Origin: Marsupella aquatica
Lineage: Eukaryota > Plantae > Marchantiophyta
Assembly: GCA_973895155.1 (NCBI GenBank)
Contig: OZ316894.1
Location: 11,758,828-11,822,827 of the forward strand
Direction of reading: 5' to 3'
Length of the DNA stretch: 64,000 nt
In this document: piece by piece, positions 39,811 to 51,500 of the stretch
Layout of the letters: every line of letters begins with the position of its first letter
Position numbering within the stretch: position 1 is the stretch's first letter
Notes under the pieces: model-generated
Told to the model about the DNA's origin: nothing
Seen by the model: the letters and a program-made list of their open reading frames with translations, nothing else
Databases searched by the model: none
Made by a program: the position numbers and the translations under genes

Positions 39811-41625
39811 GTACAAAAGACTTCCGCGAACTCATCACCTCACCACACCTCACCTCACCTCGGGTCGAGTGGACGCTACGAGTCTATGACGCTGTCACTA
39901 CAGTGATCGACGATTATCCGAAAGGGAGACGGCTGGCGGGTTGGTTTGGTGCTCTTAGGTCCGGGATGACGACCCTCCTTGCTGTGGGGCCGGGGCCGGG
40001 GCTGGCCATGCCCATGCCCATGCCCATGCAGTTGTTCATGAGTGCGAGGGCTGAGCGGTATTGTACATGGCACAGCCCTCTTGCCTTTGTCCTGAAGCCC
40101 ACCACCCCACCTTGACTGTACCATACCCCATACCATACCATTTTGCTATCCCCATGACCCATTCTCCCTGTCGGTTTTGTGTAGGGTAACTCAGGTCTAG
40201 GCAGACGTTACTGGCCTGCAACGGGGTGTCCCAGTTCTCACATGCAATTGACCGGCTGGGCCGGGAAACTGTTTGGAGGAACTGGGAAATCACAGTATAG
40301 AGCGGTAATGGACGGCCTAGATTTGAGTTAACGTGCGTAATCTAGATCGATGGTATCGCTTACCGGTGACTCCCGGTGCGACCAATTGGTGCAGAAATCC
40401 GCGGGCAGAGAGGTAAAGCATGGGGAATTAGCAAGGGGAAATGCACAGGATAGTCAGTCATTTTGGATTTCAGGTTTCAGCAAACGTTGTTGTGGTGGGC
40501 CGCTGCATTGCGGATGCATTTGGCGATGCGTTGTCGTTCAGCTGCTGTTTGGCACAGTGCAGATTGGTTTCGAGAGATTGGTGTAGTGCGGATGCGGATG
40601 GGATCCTGTTGAATGACTTGTAAAGCGCCACAGCTTTTTGAATCACAGTTTTTTGAATGGGCTTTCGATCACAATTTGCTATTCATTGCAGTTCTTGCTT
40701 TGCTTGTGTTGTGCATAGCAGTAGAACTATCGAGAAACCTGTGCAAGACGGGAGGCACGGGCGCAACAACATCTTGAAGCAGTAATTTGAGTTTTCTCTA
40801 TTCACAGATGTCAATTTTTATGAGGTGTTGAAACAAATAGATGTTGACACACGATTTGTGCTATCATTTGTAGAATGGGAGGCGGGGTACATCGGCAATT
40901 TGCAACTGAAGGGAGGGTGGGAGTAGCACAACTAGCCTTTTGTTTCAGTTTGCAATTTTGCCATAGGACGTAGGAGCAGCATGGCTACAGAAAAGTGGGG
41001 CTGTTTGAATTTTAAGTTCCTTCTCCATCTCCTTTCGCAATTTGATGGATGGATGCGCATCAGTCAAAGTGCTGGAAGCGAGGAGTGATAGTGGGATGAT
41101 GGGGACACTTGAGCAAATTGGCAGGCTCATTGCAAGTATCAAAAATATCGCAACCGTTTGTTTGTGTTATTTATTTGGTATAAACTTGTCAAGGGATGCT
41201 TTAGTTGTTCTTATGGATAAATGTGTCGTTGCTCCATCCTTGTTTTCTACGATCATCAACTCTGTTAGCTCAGTGTTGTCTGGCTGCAAAATTGTATGTG
41301 GTCAAAGGATGGAGATTCCAATGATGGGGAACTCATGTTTGTCGAGGGAGAGGATGATTGTGGAGACCTTGATGTCCTACTTTAGGATGAGCTTAATAAC
41401 TTTGGAGGGGTCACTATATGAAGGGTCATACATCACGTGCGATAGTTTGGGTCATTTATGACCCCCCTAAGTCACTTTCTATAAAGTTGTACGACACCAA
41501 TCATGTGATGACACATGTGCATTTTGCAATTAAACAACCCTATGTTTCCATTGAAAACTTAATAAGTCTTCCGCCAAAACCATTTAAATGGCCCTATATT
41601 TCGTCCCACATGATATGCCACTTCC

Positions 41626-43661
41626 ATGGAAGTCCCCCCTGAACTTAATAACCAGCCCTGTGACCTTTCTGGACACGACTTGTCTACCGTGTTTGATGAC
41701 ACAACTTCCGTTGGACAGTCCTCAACTTTTGTTGAACAGTCCTCAAGTTCCGTTGGACAGTCTTCAACTTCTGTTGGACAGCCTCCATGTGAGCCGATGG
41801 AGGTTGAGGTGAATGTCCCAGGATTGAGAGATGTTGCTGATCCTTTGTTGTTTGATGCAGGGAAAGGGAAAGAGAAGCAAGGATCTGAGCACAACGATCG
41901 TTGGGCTACCAATCATGCTGACCTATTGCGAAAGGTATTGAATTGGGATGTGAGTATCCCACTCCGAGATTTGCCTTTGGGAGTGTTGGATGAGCTACTT
42001 AGTAATGTCTTTTCTCGTGCTATAAAACTTGATGGCCGGCAATATCCTTTGTCTACCCTAATGGACATGATGAATGCTTACAACCGCGTTATTCGCCATG
42101 CAAGTGAGATGAGAGCTTTAAAAGGGGAAGGGAACCTTGTTGATAGAGATTTCAATATCAACAAGCATGTAGGTTTTATGAAAACCCATTTGGTCTTGAA
42201 AGCAGTGATCCGAAAGAGTGCCAAGGATGGTATCAACAAGAAGACAACGAAGGTTAGTATGCAATCTCATACTCTTTGCAAGAATTATTTTTGTTATTAT
42301 TTGGCTCAAATTAAGTAGGTTCTGACAACATTTTTTGGTACACAGGTATCGACTCTCATAGAGGAGATGGAGAAGGCAATTTTAATGGACATGGATCACC
42401 AGATGAACTTCTCCCATGGCTGCCAGAAACATTTGGCATTTTTCTTTCTTGTGAGACTAGGGATTTGGGGAGACAGGAGTTGTGGGATCTGCATCGCAAT
42501 GATATTAGTGTGTGGCAAGACAAGGAAGGGTGGGACTATGTTCGGTAAGTATATGTGGTTGCCAAATGCTGATGTCTGTCTTACTGATGAAGCTGATGTG
42601 GTTGCAAATTTGAAGTGAGGCAGAGCAAAATAACTCATACACTCTTGAAAGATACAATGGGGAGCAGTTCCGGAAAGTCTACCATAGTTTTGAACTTGAT
42701 TTCGTGCTCACAATGAAACAGTATATGCGGCACATGCCACCGCTTGAAGTGGACATGAAGCATGATTTGTTTATGGGAGCAATTATTAATTAAGTTAGCA
42801 ATGTCTGGTATAAAAAGGTTCACAAAGTTTCAAAGGATTGAGCAAGTGCATGGCTTGTAAACATGCTAAAGGTAGTTGGCTTGCCAACAGATCTTTTTAG
42901 TAATCGCTCTAGAGGGGTGACTCTAATTACACACATGGTTGCTAGGGGAGTACCTGATGAAGTCGGGATGTTAATTTCAGGGCGTTATACTAAGAGCTAG
43001 ATTTGAGGTATGACAGGACCAAAGCAATCAAGATGGAAGCTGCCACTCTTGTTGCTTCAAATCCTTTGTTGAGTTATGAGTTTGCTTTAGAAGAAGTTTC
43101 AAAGAAATTTGTGGAGGAACATGTTGTGGGATCTACGGCCAGTTTGAATCCATTAATGTGTGTCATTGTTGGAGAGAGTGCCAGACCTACTGGTTCTTCA
43201 TCCAGTGGGAGTGTCATGATGACGAATGAGGCAGCGACTACTGCATTGCTAAGGAATTTGAGTGCTTTCATACCTCTAATTGAGAGGGTCCGTGAGACAC
43301 ATGGAATGCTGGCAATAGCTCCTGGACCAGTTCAGGTACAGTGTTGTCAATCATGTTTTGTCATATTTTGTGATATATGTTTTAGTAGTTTTGGATGAAC
43401 TGACATGACTGAACTTGATTTTTGCAATAACCGAGTGGACCCACCGGTGATATGTTGGTGGCAAGCAATATTCATGAGAAGAGTAAAGAATTTCTGCAAG
43501 ACTTTGAGTCTGTCAACTGGGACAAAGAAGTTTTGTCAAATCATGGATTGGCAAAGTATCTAAAAGGTGATGCATCCGTTGTTTCTATCGCAAATAGCTT
43601 GGCCAATAATTCATTCCAGAATTGCAACGTGTTGATTAAAAATTGTTCAAGCGAAGGGTGA
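41626..43661 (+). mobile_element. Degenerate intron-containing tyrosine-recombinase gene, Crypton/DUF3504-like
   Basis: LDELLSNVFSRAIKLDGRQYPLSTLMDMMNAYNRVI...FMKTHLVLKAVIRKSAKDG | VSTLIEEMEKAIL...FFFLVRLGI(W)G.QELWDLHRNDI...DKEGWDYVR | FEVRQSK...VWYKK...ASAWLVNMLKVVGL...FSNRSRGVTLITHMVARGVPDEVGMLISGRYTKS../LRYDR. This follows the R...HxxR...H...Y order of tyrosine recombinases. Intron 42253-42345 is GT-AG; intron 42545 to about 42607 has a mutated acceptor. Frameshifts and stops indicate a pseudogene. Confidence 0.75.
41700..41785 (+). repeat. 21-bp in-frame tandem repeat, about 4 copies, in the Crypton-like ORF
   Basis: caacttccgttggacagtcct-like units encode TSVGQSS/TFVEQSS/SSVGQSS/TSVGQPP. 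Confidence 0.85.
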
Positions 43662-46600
43662 TGATGATAAGGAAGATGAGACACCTAGTGACATAGGTGC
43701 CAAGAAGTGAGCTAGATGTAGCGGTAGATGTAGCGGTAGATTACAAGTACAAATTTAGACAGACTACACTTCCGAGCACAATTGATATCTGGTAGTTTAT
43801 TCCTAGATATATTCATCCACCATGGATTGTACTTCAAAGCTTTTCAAGCTATTACTTCACATTCAAAGTTGATTTTCAAGTAACAAGTTTTAGGGTGATC
43901 AATTTTCAAGATCCCCATATATTGAATAAAGCAAAAACCTTCACTGAACTATTTTGTGTGCTCTTTGGGAATGAAAGTGATTGTATTTCTGAATGCCAAG
44001 AGAATGACTTGTTTCTACATGGCGTCCAACTGATGTGTCGAAAACAGTAGTTATGCTACCCAGTTTTGCCAGGGTCGTCATTTTGGAAGCCACATAACAG
44101 CCCCTAGGTATGTCAGGACCCTACATAATGTAACTTACATGTGTCAGGAGCCTAAAATCATGGGAATGACAAGGGCTCCCTGTCTACTGTATAAACCTAT
44201 AACCGATACCATCGACCTAGATTACGGAGGTCTTTGGGGCACTATGGTACTTGATGTTCAACCTTTTATTAAGGATTTGTGCTCTACATTGTGTTGAGCC
44301 TCTGCCTTATCCCCTAATTTGAGACTTTCCAATGTTGTTTAGACAGTGAGTGTTTATTGCACTAGAGAGGGCTCACTCATTCACTATCCTCCTTAAGGAT
44401 GAGGCAGTTGCTTTTAGGGCCTCTAGTTAGATTGACTATGCATGACCCATCTATGCAGCTCACTCTAGAGCTCTACTAGGCTCTTCAGTTTGCCAAGAGG
44501 TAAGGATTTAGGTTTTGGTTCCTGGAACTTGTTGTGGTGGACTTTTGTAGGGGTCTCTCAGACTGTTTGGCTCTTGGTCTCCCTGGGGTTTCCCTTTGTT
44601 GCCCCTCCCCCCTTTGTAAGGCCTCTTGCTTGTGGGATTGTGTGTACCACTTCTTCTTTTTGGCAGTGATATCTATGTAAACATATTGCTCACTATTATT
44701 AATAGTACCAAGGCTCTTGGTTTTAGGGCCTGTAAACAAATTATTGTTTGTGACTCTCTCATGAGGTTTACTCAGGAGTTATCCCGGCCTTTCCAAGTTT
44801 GTTGCCCGATGGGGTTCTAGTTATTTTTTCCATTGTTGGGTTTCTCAACTTATTTGGCTCTTTGGTCTTCCTCTAGTAGTTCTATTGCCTTTGGCTAAGT
44901 CTTCCAATTTTGTGGTTTTGGTTCTTTGATAGTGTGATATATGTGACACATTACCAAGTCAAAGACCTAGGGCCGCATTCCATCCCTGTTGATGACATGA
45001 GAGAAAGACCACAGGGAAGCGCTTGTTATGAATCCCCATAGAAAGTTCCTTCCAAAAATTTTAGCATTACGTGCAGCCACTTCAATGCTTTTGGTCAATA
45101 ACAGATACTTTTATGTTTACAACAACAAACAAATAGTGCTTATGTGGTTGCATGTGCTTCCAGGGATTTTGGAAGGAGATTCTCATGGGGGTACGTAAAA
45201 AAAAAGTTTGTGTTTGACACAAGGCAAGGAAAACAAGTCAAACCTAGTAACCATTAAAGAACAAAAATAGAAAGTAAAATTTGGATAAGAAACAGTAGGG
45301 TAAAACAAAATAATGAATCTTATGACTTTGATCTCTTTATTACTTGACAGATCTGCCAATGTTAGTTTCAATGGAAAACTACATAAAATTATGGATTCAG
45401 GATCTTCTTACTTGACAAAATCAATGTTTTTCAATGTATGTAGTGACAAGAGAAACTTCCACTCCTGATGTGAAAGCCCCATAGAATGATAGGCCAGTGG
45501 GTAGAGAATAAATCTAGAATATATCTGATGGTAGTGGCCTAATATTGATTTATCACTATTGTATTACATTTTCATGATTTGAGCTAAACGTCAAAAACTC
45601 TAGGAAAGAAGAATGAAAATTCAAAAGTTAATCAAATAATTATTTCCATCTGAATCTAGTGGGAGATTCCCACTGAATGTGAAGCTGGGACGGACAGAGC
45701 TTCTGAACCATAGAATCCCAGTGTCACTCTTTGACAATCCTCGCACTTCTGCAAAGCTTTACATCATAATTTGACATTCAATTTCTACCTTTGATATATA
45801 GAGGAACTGGCTGTTCTTGGGTTAGTCAGGAACAGGTTGACAATATCTTTCTAATGAGTCTAACGCCATATCTTATCAAGAATTGAGAGAATTATGAATT
45901 TTCAAGTATTACCTAGTGGCTTATTGCACATTTTTCAGCTTCCAAATTTTTTTATTGAGCGAATATTGACCTTTGATTTCTCCCTTGATATGAAGAGGAA
46001 TTGTCTCTTCTTGGGATCTTTCCAACCCATCTAAGATGAACAATTTTCATCAAGAATTGAGCAAGTTAAAAGTTTACAAGTATGACTCTTGCTGTTTAGT
46101 ACACTAGCCTGATTACTTATTTCTTGAACCTTCATAGAGATCTCTATGAAGACAAAAACAAATCCTGCAAAAAAAGGAATTCTATGTTATTTTGGGTTCA
46201 TGGTTGCCCCATCCCTGTTTCTTTGTTCACCCTCACTCTCAATTTTGTCCTTATTGAGAATTGTGAGAGTTTCTGTGTAGACTGGAGAAAGTCTTGGCTG
46301 TAGACCGTAAAGACTTTCATGGCTTTTCTCTTTGTATATTTGAGTGCATTAATTCTCCATAATGCACCCATTTTTTTGAGGAAGTGATTATACAAAACAC
46401 CATAAATATAGTATTACCACACAAAAAAATAATTAAATTTAGTCAAGATCTCAAGATGATAACCAAATCTTATATGGTGATACTAACAAGATATACATGA
46501 ATAGAATCTAATAGACCTAAAGAAAGTATATTCTTGGCTAAATTCATAACAATCATTTCTTGGATGACCCTTTAATTTGAATTTATTATTTTAGGGATTC

Positions 46601-48576
46601 ATTTTTTCTTGTTTGTTATCAAAAAAGTCACTCAAGTTTTTATGTACATTAATGTCCTAATTACGGGCATTATGAAAATAATGCCCTCATTTTTCAGGGT
46701 ATTATATTTCACAATGCCCTCTAACCAGTACATTATCCTATTCATAGCCCTATTGCATAGCCCTTTATATCTAAGATTCCACATTCCCACATGATATGTA
46801 TCATTTGAGCAGGAAATAGGGTTTCACCACGATTCATCCCACCACTTTGGTAAAACTGGAGGTCCATCCGAGCTCCAGCGTCGATTCCCACCATATCCTA
46901 TTGGGTATCATTTATGCTATTAGTGCTTTTCCAAGCTGTCATTCCAAAATCTATCGTCCACTACAGGACAAAGACGGAGCCCCAACTTGCATCGTTCGAT
47001 CGTGATAATCCAACAGGCGACGAAGTATTTTTATTTATTTTCACATGCATGCATGCATGGAGTGCTCCTCCGACATAGGTGGCCCCGCGAATCCTCGTTT
47101 GACTCTAGGTGGCCCTCCAGATTCTTCTTTTAACTTTCTATCCTGAGGATCTTATCTTTCCATGTTCTCCCCTCTAGCCCTCGTTCTCTGCGTGTGCCTT
47201 CTTTCTCGAGGACCCTCGGCGTCTGCCGTTCGGCGATCACCGAGGAAAAATCCGAGGCAAAAACGAGGCAAAACCCGAGGCACGATCCTGCCCCGAAGGA
47301 GGAAGCGGAATTAGTGGAGTTCTGTGTCTGTCTGTCTGTCTGTCGGTCTGCGTTGAGGCTGCAGCGATGAAGTCTGAAGAAGCTAGATTGATTGATTGAG
47401 TGAAGACGGGTGTACCGTAGCGGAGTAGCAAGTTGGCGTTCGGCTGCATCGCACTGAGCTCCGACTGACTGGGTCACACTCGTCTCCTCAGCTTCTCTCT
47501 GGACTCCAAGCTCGTAGCTCCGTTTGTGTCCGCGTGTGTGGTGAAAATGTAATAAGTGGGACAGGAAACGAGGAGTCACGGGGCGTAGTAGCCTTTGCCA
47601 GAGTGACGAATTTATCGTTCTCTTCGGTGGTGGAGAGCAGCGGATTGAAGGTCTGGCCTGATCGAGGTCTTATTTTCGGGCTGTGGAGTTCAGGAGAGCT
47701 CGGTTGGGCGTCGGGTGGAGCGAATTAGAGTGGGATCGAACGAATTAGGGTTTGAGGCCGAGAGGTCTGCTGTGCAGAAGGGGTTCGTGGGTGGAAGTGT
47801 CTGAACTGGAGGATGGGGATGATGATCTTTGAATCTGAAGTGGTTGGTTTTGAGGTCGAATTCTGTGATTATTGTTCTTTGGAGCAGCATTCGAACAAGT
47901 TTTTCCGTTCTGTTGGAGCTGTTTTACAGTGACACAGTGGGTAGAAGCGTGATCGTGCTATAATTGCTAGGGAGCTCTCGGTTTTCTGAAGAGGGAATTC
48001 TGCATTATTCGCATTAGGGTTGTGAATTTCTGCTTCCTGGAGCGGATTATCTTTTGGTATCATGTCTTCTGCTCCAGCGTCTCTGCGCCCGGGCTGGCTT
48101 GCGTATTCCCGTGATTTTCCTTCAGTGCGATGAGTGGCATGAGATATTTGTGAGATCCTGCTAATGCGGACCTGTGGACCATGAAGTCGAAAGCGTCCGG
48201 TTTGCTGCCGCGATCATCCTGTGCTTCGTAGGAAAGCTTTAACTCTGTTGTAATGTCGAGCCCTGGATCCGTGCCAGGTGGTCAACCTCTGGGACAGTAG
48301 GACGAAAGAGGATCTGAAGACTCCCGTCAAATTCTACGTACCTGATCGTTTTGTCATCGTTGTGCTGGTCACCGAAAGGCGCGCTCTAAAGTCATGTTGA
48401 ACTTGCAAAAGAGTGATGAGATCATGCTGAAACTGAAATTGGACACGCTATGATTGCCTTTGGTGGGACGGTCCTGAGACATGTCAGTGACGTCAACCTG
48501 TTCTTCAATCAACAATCTATCGGCAGCTGCTGGGGAGCCGATTTGGAACGGTAGAAACTGTTAGCGCCAGAAAGGG

Positions 48577-51500
48577 ATGGGGAATGGGTACGGGCCACTT
48601 GTGGCCATGTACACTGCAGTCAGTGTGGTAGGAATTGCTTGGAGAATTAATTCCGCTCTGCAAGAGTCCGTTCCAGATGACGAAACTACAACTTCAGAGA
48701 AAGGAGCTTTGGATCCTAACGAGGCTGCCCGCGTGTTGCAATCGCTTCTTGAGTCTAGCGTGACTATTGCTCTACTTGGAAATCTCGTGCTCAACTTCTT
48801 CCTTCTCGTCGCCTTGTTCACTAAAGTAAGATCTCTTTCTCAAGCCCCTCAAGCTGTCATTGTTTGTCCTGATCTTGGTACCAATCGTGAATGTTGTGGT
48901 TGGTCTTGTAAATTGAGCGAGTTTGAACTCTGCGTTTTGAAATGCGTGCGAACAAATGGTTGATGTGGAGGATGTATTGTCTGTCGCCGACGAAGAACTT
49001 GACTACAACCCAAAGGATCCCAGAAGCATTAAAATTGAAATTGTTTGTCGTAGTTAATGACGTTTCCAAGTCACTCTTAGACTCGTCATTCATATCGCGA
49101 AGGGATGGATTGTATTCTTGTCTTGCTGTATCCTCGGTTTTGAGTCACTGAATGTGGAGTATGAGTGACGGTGCGTGAGGGCAACTATTACATGAGACAT
49201 GAGGCAGTTTCGTGTTACTGATTAAATAAATCTTGTGTGTCATCTGAGTTCCGTTACTGTGCAGACGTTATTTTTTGGGCAGCTCTCCTTGGTGGAGACG
49301 CAGAAGGTGGTTGAGCGTCTGATCAATTACGTTTTGTTCAAGGTGTGCCTTCGCAAATTTCGCTTTGTAAAACGTTACTGTGACTTCCAACAGATGTTAC
49401 TGATTGTTGTGAAGCTTCTTTTCGTTAGTAATATATGCAACCCTGCATAATTCGCTTTCGATTTCATATCCATAATCTTGAGCTGAGTAGATTTTCTCCA
49501 GGTGGTGATGCAATAAGATTAGGAAAGGATTGAGTTGGATGTACTTTTGTTGTTGTCCAGTTATTTCAATGAATTAGAATCGTCCACCATCTCTAAGTTT
49601 TGATTTGGGCAGACGAATCATTTCGACCCAAATTTATTAGTCATATAATCTTATAGATAGGCAAGGCCACGAAAGATCTGCTTCTACATTAGCGGTAATG
49701 CAGAACCTATTTTCAATTTCTTCTAACTGGTGAATGGCTTTGGGGATGTAGGGACTTTTCCTCACTTGGGTGGTTCAACCAGAGATGATGGCAATAGCCC
49801 TCTGGCTTGCTTGGTTTTCTGTACTTGGCTTTCTCAAGGTACACTATCCAGTCCTGAATCGTCTTTTTAATTTTGCTTTCCTTGACTTATTGTCATAGAG
49901 CCCAAGGTTTCCTCTCAAGCCTGTGTATACTCACTCCCGGACAGATGTTTCAAGGTCTCGCCAGAGATCGTTTGGAGCGATTAAATGCATCTCCGACAGC
50001 CTCGATGCTTGCACATGTGCGGGTGTTTGCAGTTTTGATCCTAGTGCTGTTATCTGATTTATTCTGGTAAATACCAATCTCTCGTTTGGAATTCTTACTA
50101 CCTCGTGACGGTGAATATGATGGGCACGTTGGAACATTCTTCTGTTTGTAGGCGTAGTTTTGTTTTGTTATATCTTGATGGAGATTTTTGCTACCAGGTT
50201 CAATACAGGAGAAATCTTTCATGTGTGAAGCTCAAACATGTTGGAAACCTGCCGAGTCCATTAATCATCTAATTTCCCTGAGCTTCTTTTTGGTCCGTAG
50301 TTCATGCTTAGTTTGTGGGGTTGTCCTACCAGGATGCGGCTCTGTATGTGGGTGTTCAGAGATACCGGGCGGAGCACCTTCTTGCTCTTACTTTTTGAGC
50401 CACTCAGTATTGTGTTTGATACCCTTCAGGTTAGCCATTTGCTTTGGAGAAAACTTGTTGTGAGTCTTCTGGGACTCGTTTGCACTTGTCATCATCTGAT
50501 ATGCGGACCCATTATATATTGGCTCGAGATTTCATGTCAGCAGGAAGAAATATTGTCCTTCATGAGTTGAAATCAATCCTTTCGTTATTGGTCTATTTCT
50601 CTAACGTACTGGTGAGAATTCCGATCTCACAATCTCATGCTGAAGTAATCATTGCAAGGGTGAGAAACGTAGTTCAGACAATTCGTAATTTCACTTTCTG
50701 TCTGTTGATAATGTTCGTTTCGCTCATCTTATATTCAGGCTGTTGTAGTTCACGGTATGCAATTGGTCGACACATGGCAGCGGCACTCATCAGACTCTTA
50801 TGTGTATACGCCAGCAATGCAGCCCTCAGAAAGGTCTGCTGCGGGTAAGAATGTTGACTTTTGGACATCCACAGTAGGATCCTAGCCCAGAAATGCTGCA
50901 AAGATTATAGGCCTCAAACTCTCAAATGCATCTAGTAGGCCTGAATATATGTTTGGGTGCGATTATTAGTCATTGTTCGTTTGTCGGTGATAATCTGTCC
51001 AAGGTCTTAGTACGTAGATACCGGATGACACTTTCATCAATTGCCGATAAAACGTGTGTGGCATATGGATGGGCACTGTTTCGGTGTGTAGTGTGCACTG
51101 CTTTGCAGTGGGAAAGGTCTGTGGGGAGCTTTAGTACCTTGTTGGATAAGCATGGCTATGGGGTCATACAGAGCTCTTTTTTATTTCCGATTTCCATTTT
51201 GAGGCGTCATCTCATGTTTGAAGCTTGCCTAGCAGGTGCAGCCTGGGAATGGAGGGGAACTTTTGTGCGGAATTGGAGCTTTGCCATGGATATCGTGAGT
51301 TTAATGCTGGCCCTAGGACACTGTGTGCATATTTGGTGGCTTCGGGGACTTAACTTCCAAGTGGTGGATGCCATTCTCTTCCTGAATCTCCGGGTGAGTA
51401 AAAGGATTTTAGTGTTTCAAATTCAGGGAACTCTTTGCTGGGTTTGTGGTGGTGCAATGTCTCTAGTACAGTTTATTTGTAGTTTGCTAGATTCGTGGTG

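Noticed and set aside
44150-46800. Probable decayed TE fragments (also 17050-18600 and 59000-62000)
   Set aside because: CpG-depleted and TE-like, but no diagnostic motif or terminus could be identified by eye.
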